A DNA stretch of 64,000 bases from Gammaproteobacteria bacterium (GTDB taxonomy: Bacteria > Pseudomonadota > Gammaproteobacteria > Natronospirales > REEB76). Positions within the stretch are counted from its first letter, which is position 1. Each line of letters begins with the position of its first letter. The stretch lies in NCBI GenBank assembly GCA_027315405.1, contig DAHUYB010000071.1, forward strand, positions 19,336 to 83,335. Direction: 5' to 3'. This document shows positions 55,286-63,616 of the stretch, piece by piece. The translations under genes and the position numbers were made by a program. Below the pieces are notes generated by a model that searched no databases, had not been told where the DNA came from, and saw only the letters and a program-made list of their open reading frames with translations.

Positions 55286-55699
55286 GACGAGCCTCGCAGT
55301 TTTTCCAAGAGGTCGTTTGAACAGGCTCGGGGAGCCGCCCTTTTATATGGATACAGTATTGCGCTGTGAATGCTAAAAAGAAAGAAAAATGCCAGGTCAC
55401 GGTGTCCTGTCCGCGCGTCCGCGATAATCTGCTTGGCCGCTTTTGAGTGAAAAATTCAAACAATTTTTCGGACATCACTCAATCCTTCGATTGGGTCCGT
55501 GGGCGTACGGCTGGAAATTCATAGCTCTGGCGGCAGTTTGAGCGGTACACAGTGTATTCACTAGTTTTTGCCTTTTGGGTCTTCGTGGAATTTAGTGGGT
55601 ACTTTAGCGTGACATTCAGGCGGTAAACCAAGCGGGATATGGCTTCCAGGGTAACAGGTGGGTGCTGAGTTCGTGAGCATGATAAGGGTTGTGCTAGGC

Positions 55700-56045
55700 T
55701 GGATGCGCATCAAGAGCAACTCCAGCCCAGACGATGCACCGGCGCGACACACCAGGAAGGAAATATGCGGGTCAACGGCAGGAAACACACGCCTTCCCGG
55801 GGTTTTCTGCCCTGTCGACCAGGGACTATTTAGTAGCCACATGATGCTGAACACTACCGAGCCAATGCCCTAAAGCTCCAAAATCTACCCACACGATTAC
55901 GCGCAGAGCCCATCTTTTATAGATAGGCCCAAGAACGGAGGTTTTCGGATAGATGAGTCCCTGCATAGATTCGCCGGGACTTGACACCGCGCTCAACGTA
56001 CGGGGCGAGCTGCCGACGCAGCAAGAGGTTCTCTGCTTTGATTTA
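55700..56045 (-). pseudogene. Possible degraded IS transposase (N-terminal region), multiple stops and frameshifts
   Basis: Minus-strand pieces IKAENLLLRRQLAPYVERGVKSRR (about 56043-55975) and VPGRQGRKPREGV..FPSWCVAPVHRLG (about 55830-55715). They resemble the ENLALRQQL...GRKP...NPxWGAPRIHGEL pattern I recall from integrase-core transposases. The region has lower GC and no intact ORF. Confidence 0.35.
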
Positions 56046-56077
56046 CCGTGTCGAGCGGAACGGATCCAAGGCTGTCA

Positions 56078-56857
56078 CTAGGCCCTTCGGCACACGAGCA
56101 GGATTTCGTCGACATCGCTGGCTGCAATCATTCCTGGGGTAATCCGCAGCTGCTTCTGGAACCGCAATCCGAGCGGCATGAATGCGCGGTTGTACCACCA
56201 CATCGCCAGTCTACGATGCTGAAATAGCCACCATATGCCGATGTCAACGAGGCGCGACGAACGCGGCTGCATTCCGAATACGGCGCTACGCTCCACCAAC
56301 AAGTGGTGCTGCGCCAGTTTTGAGAGCAGACGTGGTGGGTCGTAGCGCCGCTTATGGCCCACGAAGTCGTCGAACGAGGTCCAAAGCGAGGCGTGCAGCG
56401 GCGTCGATATCAGGAGAGTCCCACCGGACGTCATAACCCGTGATAGCTCCGACAGTGCAGCATCATCGTCGTCAACGTGCTCAATGATATCGAGGGCGCA
56501 CACCAGATCGAATGTACCGCCGCCGAAGGGCAGGGAGGTCACTTGACTTAGCACGACTTGCGCGCCACGCCCCCGAAGTTTCACGAGCGCCGGCGCGCTG
56601 ATATCCACGAATTGCGTGTCCAGGATAGGCAGTCGCGGTCTCAGGCCGGGCGCGACTTCGAGCCGCCGACCAGACGTGGACAGCAGCGATTGCACGAGCG
56701 GCCAGGTATTGAACCGCTGAGGTTCTATGAGGCTAGCACCGGTCCACAGCACGTCGTAGAAGCGGCGATTCTTTTCGAGAAGGTATCGATCGCTGCGCCT
56801 CCGCGAAGGCCCTGGCGGCATCTGCGATTGCGGTTGATCCACGGCTTTTGGTCGCAT
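56078..56857 (-). CDS. Class I SAM-dependent methyltransferase
   Basis: Motif I-like LEVAPGLRP and the post-I/II blocks FDLVCALDIIEHVDDDDAALSELSRVMTSGGTLLISTP. Confidence 0.75.
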   Translation of the reverse strand: MRPKAVDQPQSQMPPGPSRRRSDRYLLEKNRRFYDVLWTGASLIEPQRFNTWPLVQSLLSTSGRRLEVAPGLRPRLPILDTQFVDISAPALVKLRGRGAQVVLSQVTSLPFGGGTFDLVCALDIIEHVDDDDAALSELSRVMTSGGTLLISTPLHASLWTSFDDFVGHKRRYDPPRLLSKLAQHHLLVERSAVFGMQPRSSRLVDIGIWWLFQHRRLAMWWYNRAFMPLGLRFQKQLRITPGMIAASDVDEILLVCRRA

Positions 56858-57073
56858 CCACCGCCTCGTATGCCGCTTCAGGCGGTCTTGGCAACTTTTC
56901 GTCGGTTGTTGGAAAAATCCGCGTGTCGGGGCACATTCCCCATCCCACCATGGCGACCATTAAATCACGAAGCTAGCGGCTCGGGCTACTCTTGCGGGAT
57001 ACCAACACGGTGATGGGGCCAGTGCCGGCAATCTCTGGTTGGACTGCTGCTGGTTTCGTAGATACCACCAAGC

Positions 57074-57114
57074 TAATGCGTGGGTCGGGAGTTCGACTCT
57101 CTCCGACGGAACCA
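57074..57114 (+). repeat. Direct repeat of the 3' 41 nt of tRNA-Thr (att-type island boundary)
   Basis: TAATGCGTGGGTCGGGAGTTCGACTCTCTCCGaCGGaACCA matches 49896-49936 at 39 of 41 positions, in the same orientation. Confidence 0.85.
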
Positions 57115-57270
57115 ATGAGCCGCACTCAATACCGTCGAGCCTTTAATCGTGTTTGCCCCCCCTGTTATTCCAAAAATGATGACTCACGAAAAACGTTTTG
57201 ATGGCGTAGAATAGGCCAGAACCCTGGCAGGCCAATTTAAAGTTAGCAACTGGCTGAAGCGGAGGCAAAA

Positions 57271-57708
57271 TTGAAATGTCCTAAATGCAATTTAGATCTG
57301 GTGCCGACCATCCGGCACAAGATCAAGGTCAACTCCTGCCAAGCTTGTAAAGGGATGTGGCTGGAATATCAGGAGCTCGCTGAACTGGAAAATGAGGTCT
57401 TTGACTTCGGCGATGATGCCAAGGGAACACTGGTGTTCAGTTCTACGCCCACGACCGCTAAATGCCCCGAGTGTAGCGCTCTCCTCAAGAGATTCAAGTA
57501 CCGGCTCTTTGATCTGGAAATGGAATTTTGCGAGAATCAACACGGGTACTGGCTGGATGATGACGAGGACACCAGAGTCCTGGAACTGATGAAAAAAGAG
57601 GAAAAGGATTACCAAAGAAAGCTGCTGGCGGAAGACCAGTGGGGCGCAACCTTAAAGCGTATGCGCTCTGGCTCATTTCTCAGTAAAGTGCGGGATCTGT
57701 TTCACTAA
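57271..57708 (+). CDS. TFIIB-type zinc-ribbon protein (two CxxC pairs twice)
   Basis: TTG start 5 nt after GGAGG. Sequence KCPKCNLDL..CQACKGMWLEYQEL and CPECSALL...CENQHGYWLDDDE. Low GC. Confidence 0.7.
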   Translation: MKCPKCNLDLVPTIRHKIKVNSCQACKGMWLEYQELAELENEVFDFGDDAKGTLVFSSTPTTAKCPECSALLKRFKYRLFDLEMEFCENQHGYWLDDDEDTRVLELMKKEEKDYQRKLLAEDQWGATLKRMRSGSFLSKVRDLFH

Positions 57709-57993
57709 GATGTAAGGCTTTCCCTCAAGGCCACCCTGGAGGGGATGGTGGAGTGCCCTTGGCCTTTTGGACAGCCATTAGGTTTAGCTTGATCTGATAT
57801 CGCTAAAGCCCGGACACGGCGATGCCGGTGTAGTGTCGTGTACTCTGACATTAAGGCTGTTTCTGCCATCGCTAGGCCTTAATGAATACACACTTCCACG
57901 CGCGTTGGCTCGGAATCGATGAATTCGAAGTGCTTAACGTGATGCGCGCCAATGCCGGTAATTGCACGCGGATGCGCAGATTACGGCGGAGTT

Positions 57994-58035
57994 GTAATGC
58001 GTAGGTCGGGAGTTCAATTCCCTCCGCCGGCACCA
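57994..58035 (+). repeat. Second, more diverged copy of the tRNA-Thr 3' half
   Basis: GTAATGCGTaGGTCGGGAGTTCaAtTcCCTCCGCCGGCACCA matches 49895-49936 at 38 of 42 positions. The upstream sequence lacks D and anticodon arms. Confidence 0.8.
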
Positions 58036-58207
58036 TTGCAGTGACGAACAGCCCACTACTATCCACAGTCCGTCTGGATGCCCTTTATCGAACGTGTCGC
58101 CTAAACCCCTGTTATATAATCCCAAAAGCCAGGGTCCATCCCGCGGTTATCCGCAGACAGAGCCTGCGGTCACCGCCAGTGTTCGCCCGCTACGGATTGG
58201 CCTTTAC

Positions 58208-58221
58208 TTGATCCAAGTCAT
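58208..58221. promoter_or_regulatory. Weaker FNR-type half-matching box upstream of the USP gene
   Basis: TTGATCCAAGTCAT. The left half is perfect and the right half matches 3 of 5 positions of ATCAA. Confidence 0.3.
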
Positions 58222-58298
58222 CGCTGCCGACGCCGTCAGCCGTCATGCTTTCAATAGGTTTCTGGAAGCGCTCAGCAGATATAGGTGAGGTGGCCGCG

Positions 58299-59249
58299 GT
58301 GAGTAAACAGTCCTGCATCATGGTGATCCTGGATAAAGGCCTGCAGTCCACGCCGGCGCTGCTGCGCGCAGCGGCTTTGGCGCGCAAAGGCGGTGAGCGG
58401 CTGCTGCTTGCACTGTTTGAATACGACCGTGCGCTCGCTCGCGCGGCGTCGCGCAAGTTTGATCTGGATGCATATTTGCAAGGCCGGTGCCAAAAACTCG
58501 AGGAATTCGCCGCGCCGTTGCGCAAAGATGGCTTGCAGGTGGAGGCAAAACTATTCTGGGGACGCCCGTTATTGGCGCGCATGCTACTGGCAGTGATTGC
58601 GGAAAAACCGCAGATGGTGTTCAAGGATGTCCATGCAGAGCCCATTCTGCGCCGTCTGTTGGTTACTCCACAGGATATGGATCTCCTGCGTCAGTGTCCG
58701 GAGCCCTTGATGCTGGTGCGCCCGTCACCGAGCGCGCTACCCAAGCGCATCCTCGCCGCGGTGGACCCGTTGGATGAGCACGATCGCCCCCACGAACTCA
58801 ATGCACGCATCCTTACTCTGGCCAATCGCCTGGCCATGCAGTGCGCTGCACAGGTGGATGTGGTGCATGTCTTCGAATACGTTCCATTTCCTGCGGACCC
58901 TGAGGTACTCAGCGGCTGGATGCCAGATGTTGCTCTGGTACAGAAACTTCGGGATATGCACGCCGAGGCCCTGCAGAAGCTCTGTCAGAAATATGGGATA
59001 GCGCCGGCACAAATGCATATGCTGGACGGCGCACCCGACAGGGTGATCGCCGAACTCGCTACCGCCCAGCACAGCGATGTGGTGATCATGGGTACGGTTC
59101 AACGCAGTGGATTCGAACGGCTGGCCATGGGCAGCGTCGCGGAACGTCTATTGGAACAGCTGAATTGCGATGTGTTGGCGTTAAAGCCGGATGGTTTCCG
59201 CGCGCGCCTGCAGACAGAATTGGAACACGCTGAATTGCGCAGTGAGTGA
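58299..59249 (+). CDS. Tandem-domain universal stress protein (UspE-like)
   Basis: Two USP halves. The C-terminal half has ILAAVDP...VVHVFEY...DVVIMGTVQRSGFERLAMGSVAERLLEQLNCDVLALKP. The start is uncertain (GTG 58299, ATG 58320 or ORF-track ATG 58245). Confidence 0.8.
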   Translation: MSKQSCIMVILDKGLQSTPALLRAAALARKGGERLLLALFEYDRALARAASRKFDLDAYLQGRCQKLEEFAAPLRKDGLQVEAKLFWGRPLLARMLLAVIAEKPQMVFKDVHAEPILRRLLVTPQDMDLLRQCPEPLMLVRPSPSALPKRILAAVDPLDEHDRPHELNARILTLANRLAMQCAAQVDVVHVFEYVPFPADPEVLSGWMPDVALVQKLRDMHAEALQKLCQKYGIAPAQMHMLDGAPDRVIAELATAQHSDVVIMGTVQRSGFERLAMGSVAERLLEQLNCDVLALKPDGFRARLQTELEHAELRSE

Positions 59250-59282
59250 AGTAACTCTACTTGAAGGTAGAAGGAGCCGCCT

Positions 59283-59447
59283 ATGCCGCTGACCAGCAAG
59301 GGCCGCAAGATCTTGCGGCAGATGGAAAAAGAGTATGGAACCGAAAAAGGCAAGTCGGTATTCTATGCCGCGCGCAACAAAGGTCGCATCACTGGTGTGG
59401 ACCGGACACGTAAGTCACCAACCGTCAAGCCGAACGGTCCTCGATAG
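59283..59447 (+). CDS. Small basic protein, 54 aa (below the ORF-track cutoff)
   Basis: AAGGAG 6 nt upstream of the ATG. MPLTSKGRKILRQMEKEYGTEKGKSVFYAARNKGRITGV... resembles a small conserved family I recall only vaguely. Confidence 0.5.
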   Translation: MPLTSKGRKILRQMEKEYGTEKGKSVFYAARNKGRITGVDRTRKSPTVKPNGPR

Positions 59448-59464
59448 TGTCGCGTCGCGCGTGA

Positions 59465-59971
59465 CGGTCGGTACGGTCCCGGCGTCCCGGCCACTCGCAC
59501 CAGCTCGGCATATTCCTGATGCTGCATCCGCGGGAAAATCTGGCTTCGCTCACTCTGGTGTTGGCAGTCCTGTTCCTGATGGAGGTCGGATTGATGTTGG
59601 CTGCATTTTTCTGGTTGCGGCATCGCCCCGGTTCGAGCTGGCTGTTGCTCAATTCGCTGCTCGCTTGTATTTGAGCTTGGCGTCGACGCGGTCGATTGAG
59701 TGTTTTATCCAGCGTGCTTGGTGTGATTTTCACGGCAGCTTTCAGCCTGTTCCCATTCCTGTTGCCTTCGGACTTGGATCCATACGCCAGCCTCACGCTC
59801 TGGGACGCATCCTCCAGCCAGCGCACCTTGTTCATCATGCTGGTGGCGGTGCTGGTGTTCCTGCCGATCGTGGTGCTTTATACAGACTGGGTGTTCCGGG
59901 TACTGCGCGGCAAGGTCACTGAGGCTTATATGCGCGAGCACAAACAATCGCTCTATATGAGGTGCAGAAAT
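59465..59971 (+). pseudogene. cydB: 5'-truncated, frameshifted remnant of cytochrome bd oxidase subunit II
   Basis: Frame A gives ...LAVLFLMEVGLMLAAFFWLRHRPGSSWLLLNSLLACI*. Frame B then gives [72 protein letters not shown], which matches the CydB C-terminus (MFPFVMPS...SLTMWDATSSQLTL...THSLY). cydA and the first about 250 codons of cydB are absent. Confidence 0.7.
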
Positions 59972-60079
59972 ATGCGGTACTTTGCCTGGATTCTTGGTGT
60001 GCTGCTGGCCTGCGCGTTTGGCATCATCAACGCCCTGTGGACCGAGATGAAGATGCACGATGCGTCCATTGAGCTGTAA
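59972..60079 (+). CDS. cydX: Cytochrome bd oxidase small subunit CydX
   Basis: [26 protein letters not shown] matches the CydX/YbgT consensus MWYFAWILGTLLAC. It lies in frame with the cydB remnant, with no intervening stop. Confidence 0.65.
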   Translation: MRYFAWILGVLLACAFGIINALWTEMKMHDASIEL

Positions 60080-60117
60080 GCGCCTCTTCCTGTCCTGAGC
60101 ATGCGGCCCTTACAGAG

Positions 60118-60606
60118 CTAGATCTGTATACCCAATATGTGCCGGGGCCAAAGCCGCTTCGGCAGATAGCTGCGAATGCATTCGGTGCTGGTGCGTGTCA
60201 CATTCTTGGCGATACTGCGTACCGGCACCGCCAGCTGACGGGCGCGCAGCTCTATACGCAGCATGCCAAGGAATTCCGGATCAGCAATGATGAACAGGCG
60301 AATGGCGCGCTGTACATGCAGCCGCTTGGCGAGCATGGCTCCCACGTCGTGGGCGAATCGGCGTGCGCTTTCATCTTGCAGATTTTCATGACCCAGAGCC
60401 GCACGGCTACCGCGCTGACGATTGAGTGTGCGTCCCTGGCGATCCGTGACCAGCGAATGCGCCGGCATGCGCGCATTGGCGTTCACCAGATTACTGAGTT
60501 CCTGCAACTGCTCCTGGTTGCGGGCGATGCTGAACAGCCGGGCGTGACCACGATCGGCGGCGATCACCAGAATCACTTCAGCGGTGTGGACGGCAGCAGT
60601 GGGCAT
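60118..60606 (-). CDS. Host-attachment-family protein (PF10116-like)
   Basis: The start at ATG 60606 overlaps the upstream stop (ATGA). Sequence VILVIAADRGHARLF...ENLQDESARRFAHDVGAMLAKRLHVQRAIRLFIIADPEFLGMLR resembles this family, by recollection. Confidence 0.65.
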   Translation of the reverse strand: MPTAAVHTAEVILVIAADRGHARLFSIARNQEQLQELSNLVNANARMPAHSLVTDRQGRTLNRQRGSRAALGHENLQDESARRFAHDVGAMLAKRLHVQRAIRLFIIADPEFLGMLRIELRARQLAVPVRSIAKNVTRTSTECIRSYLPKRLWPRHILGIQI

Positions 60607-60809
60607 CAAACGCTCCGCCGCTCTTCCACGAACGGGTCCATGCTTTCCAGCCGCCATTCGGATTCGGCATCGGCGTCGGGGCGAGTGTGGTTCAGGTATA
60701 AACCGGCGCCACAATGTGGACAGTGGACGGCGTGACCCACAGCCAGTTCCGGCAGCGGTACGGCGTTCTGCTTACCGCATTCCGGGCAGCGCATGGAGCA
60801 ATAGATCAT
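60606..60809 (-). CDS. Small zinc-ribbon protein (67 aa)
   Basis: AAGGAG SD upstream of ATG 60809. Sequence MIYCSMRCPECGKQNAV...HCPHCGAGLY followed by an acidic tail. It is translationally coupled to the downstream gene. Confidence 0.6.
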   Translation of the reverse strand: MIYCSMRCPECGKQNAVPLPELAVGHAVHCPHCGAGLYLNHTRPDADAESEWRLESMDPFVEERRSV

Positions 60810-60905
60810 GAGCTTCTCCTTGTATACCATAAACCAAGGGTAGCCCCGACATCTCGGGCTGCATCGTCGCGGCCGGCCTAATACGCACAAGCAGTGAACC
60901 TTGGC

Positions 60906-62885
60906 TCATCCGGTCACAGCCGCGGTGGGGGTCTTGCGACTGCTATCTTTGGCTACGCCCAAGCCTGCAAGCGCACCTTCGATGACAGCTTCAGTAACCT
61001 TGCGTGGGCGCACGGCATCGCCGACGGTGAATACATGTGGCAACAGACCAAGTACCTCCTGTTCCAGACTATTCTCGGGGCGTGCACCCAGGCACAAGAC
61101 CACGGTGTCCACGGCCATTTGAGAGGTTTCGCCAGCCACCGCCAGCTGCACCGAGCTATTTCCAATGCTGAGCAAACGAGTATGCGACAGGATGTTGACG
61201 TTGAGGGTGCGCAGCCGGCCGAGTAGCAGTGTACGCTCGTCTAGCGGAGCGTCGGCGGCGATGTCGCCCTCGGCTTCGATGAGGATGACTGTGTGACCGG
61301 CCCTGGCAAGGTATTCCGCGGTCTGCGCACCGGAGCAGCCGCCACCCGCCACCAGTACTGAACCACATGCCGTACCGCGGCCTTCCAGCAAGTCGCGGGC
61401 GGTCATTACGTTGATGTTGTTGACACCGGGAATCTGCGGACGCACCGGCTGCGCGCCGGTCGCGACCACCAGCGCGTAAGGCTTTTCGCGCTCCACATAT
61501 TTGCGGTCCACGCGGGTGTTGAGCCGCAGCTCCACACCAAGCCGTTGCAGCTCGCCGCGCAGATCCTGCAGCAGTTCGTGCCAGCCTGGGCGATATGGGG
61601 CAGCACCGGCCGCGCACAACTGGCCGCCCAGCTCAGCCTGTGCCTCGCAAAGTATGACTTGCAAGCCAGCACCCGCCGCATAACGCGCGGCTTCCATGCC
61701 GGCCGGTCCGCCGCCCACCACCAGGAGCTTGCGTGGTTTACTCAAGACCCCGTGGTCGGCGAACTCCCGTTCCCGGCCGCATTCAGGGTTGACCGTGCAC
61801 CATACGTCGCGCTGATCGAAAAGACGGGTAATGCAGCCCTGGTTGCAGGCGATGCATTTGTGGATGGTATCGGCACATCCGGTCTGTGTCTTGCGCGGCC
61901 AGTCGGGATCGGCCAGCAGCTCGCGGCCGAGCGCGATGAAATCCGCCTGGCCGTTGGCCAGTACTGCTTCGGCGAGCGCCGGGGTGCGCAGTTTGCCCAC
62001 AGCGATTACCGGAATTTTTACCCGTTGCCTTATGAGCGCCGCATACTGCACCAGTGGCGCATCCTCCACCGCCATGGGCGGAATCATGCGGCCGCGGGTG
62101 TAGGAAGCGTAGTTGCAAGCGGATACGTGCACCGCGGCAACGCCTCGGGTCTCGAGCCACGCTGCCAGCTCCGCAGTGTCTGCCGGTGTGAGCCCGCCCG
62201 GCACCATCTCGTCCGCTGACAGCCGGATGGTGATGGTGAAATCCTCGCCAACGCGTTTGCGCACCGCAGTGATCACTTCATCGAGGAAGCGCCGGCGGTG
62301 TTCGACGCTGCCGCCGTAAGCGTCGGTGCGACGATTGCTGAATGGCGACAGGAACTGGATTATGAGATAACCATGCGCGGCATGGATTTCAACGAAATCC
62401 AAACCTGCTGCCCGGGCACGTGCTGCGGCGGCGCCAAAGGCTTCAGCCAGTGTCCGGATTTCGGCGGCATTGAGCGCCCGCGGCAGCTCATTTATCAGCG
62501 GACAGGGTATTTCCGATGGCGCTACTGGCCGTCGACCGGTGATCTGCATACTGGTCTGGCGGCCGGCATGAAACAGCTGGATGCCGACGCGCACCCCCTC
62601 CGCATGAATGAGCTCGGCAGCCTGCCGCAATCCGGGGATCACGCTGTCATCATGCAGCCCCAGCTCGTTGCGGAAACCGCGGCCGTCAAGGTCCACAAAA
62701 CTCGCTTCCAGAATCATGGTACCCACGCCGCCGCGTGCGATGCACTGTAAATGCGCCAAGTAGCGCGGCGTCATGCGCCCGTGCTCGTCGGCGTAATTAC
62801 GTACCATGGGCGCCATTACCAGGCGATTTTTGAGCGTGAGCCTGCCGATTCGGCCGGTGGTGAACAGCAGTTGCGGGGCGTCCAT
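60906..62885 (-). CDS. Old-yellow-enzyme / 2,4-dienoyl-CoA reductase (FadH)-like FMN + Fe-S + FAD/NAD(P) oxidoreductase
   Basis: OYE N-terminus (LKNRLVMAPM...QLFHAGRQ), 4Fe-4S motif CIACNQGC and Rossmann motifs VVGGGPAGMEAA and VAGGGCSGAQTAE. Confidence 0.85.
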   Translation of the reverse strand: MDAPQLLFTTGRIGRLTLKNRLVMAPMVRNYADEHGRMTPRYLAHLQCIARGGVGTMILEASFVDLDGRGFRNELGLHDDSVIPGLRQAAELIHAEGVRVGIQLFHAGRQTSMQITGRRPVAPSEIPCPLINELPRALNAAEIRTLAEAFGAAAARARAAGLDFVEIHAAHGYLIIQFLSPFSNRRTDAYGGSVEHRRRFLDEVITAVRKRVGEDFTITIRLSADEMVPGGLTPADTAELAAWLETRGVAAVHVSACNYASYTRGRMIPPMAVEDAPLVQYAALIRQRVKIPVIAVGKLRTPALAEAVLANGQADFIALGRELLADPDWPRKTQTGCADTIHKCIACNQGCITRLFDQRDVWCTVNPECGREREFADHGVLSKPRKLLVVGGGPAGMEAARYAAGAGLQVILCEAQAELGGQLCAAGAAPYRPGWHELLQDLRGELQRLGVELRLNTRVDRKYVEREKPYALVVATGAQPVRPQIPGVNNINVMTARDLLEGRGTACGSVLVAGGGCSGAQTAEYLARAGHTVILIEAEGDIAADAPLDERTLLLGRLRTLNVNILSHTRLLSIGNSSVQLAVAGETSQMAVDTVVLCLGARPENSLEQEVLGLLPHVFTVGDAVRPRKVTEAVIEGALAGLGVAKDSSRKTPTAAVTG

Positions 62886-62949
62886 GGCAAAGTCCTCAGG
62901 AAGCGCGAGTGGGCATTCATGAAATTAGCCCTGGATCGTGCCCAGAGCA

Positions 62950-62963
62950 TTGACCTGGATCAA
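62950..62963. promoter_or_regulatory. FNR/Dnr-type box (proximal to the minus-strand oxidoreductase gene)
   Basis: TTGACCTGGATCAA (TTGA-N6-TCAA), centred about 71 bp from ATG 62885. Confidence 0.5.
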
Positions 62964-62988
62964 TCAGGGTCTTATCTATATATCCCAG

Positions 62989-63002
62989 TTGATGCAGATC
63001 AA
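62989..63002. promoter_or_regulatory. Consensus FNR box (proximal to the DksA/TraR-like gene)
   Basis: TTGATGCAGATCAA is a perfect TTGAT-N4-ATCAA, centred about 88 bp from ATG 63084. Confidence 0.55.
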
Positions 63003-63083
63003 GGCAGGCATTCCTAGCATCTGCTTTTATAAGACTATGCTTATAAGTGCCTAATTATTTACACCCACCGGCGAGGGCCAATC

Positions 63084-63482
63084 ATGAGTCAAATATTGGA
63101 TGACAAACAAAGGACCGCACTGCGCCTCAAGCTGGAGGCACGCTACAGCGTGCTGCGTATGGAGATACGCGCCGGTCTGGAAGCTTCCGACAATGAGGAT
63201 TACCGTAAGCTGGCCGGCGAGGTACACGATATGGGTGAAGAGGCACTCGCCGATCTGCTGGTAGATGTGCGGCTCGCGGAGATTGATCGCGACATCGTTG
63301 AGATAAATGACATTAAAGCGGCATTGGCGCGCATGCGTAGTGGTCACTATGGTATCTGTACGGATTGTGGTGCGCAGATACCGCGGGCGCGTTTGCAGGC
63401 CTATCCCACCGCCAAACGCTGCGAGCCGTGTCAACGCAAGCATGAGCGCACGTTTCGTGCGCCAAGTATTTCTACCCTCTAG
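63084..63482 (+). CDS. DksA/TraR-family C4 zinc-finger protein
   Basis: Coiled-coil N-terminus, then CTDCGAQIPRARLQAYPTAKRCEPC. Confidence 0.85.
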   Translation: MSQILDDKQRTALRLKLEARYSVLRMEIRAGLEASDNEDYRKLAGEVHDMGEEALADLLVDVRLAEIDRDIVEINDIKAALARMRSGHYGICTDCGAQIPRARLQAYPTAKRCEPCQRKHERTFRAPSISTL

Positions 63483-63616
63483 GCAGTGGTATCGATCCAT
63501 GCCGAAAGTTTGGCGCGAGCGGTTGCTGGACGACGCATGAGCGCGGCCGCCACGTGCAACAATGGAAACGTGCGTGCAGAAGGCATGGATTCATCGCGCT
63601 GCAGTACACGCACGGT

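Noticed and set aside
57849-57888. Perfect 9-bp inverted repeat CATTAAGGC ... GCCTTAATG in the islet downstream of the zinc-ribbon gene.
   Set aside because: It is isolated, with a 22-nt loop and no U-tract. It is not repeated elsewhere in the regions I read. Evidence is insufficient to assign a function.
57954-58035. Possible complete second tRNA-Thr gene.
   Set aside because: Only the segment from the anticodon loop to CCA aligns. The upstream 40 nt give 5 acceptor pairs at best and have no D arm (no TAGCTCAGTTGG) or anticodon stem. It is treated as a 3'-half remnant.
59335-59922. 195-aa plus ORF spanning the small-ORF/cydB-remnant region.
   Set aside because: Its translation is Arg/Ala/Gly-rich with no family resemblance. 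It overlaps the well-supported small ORF and the CydB-like frames in other phases.
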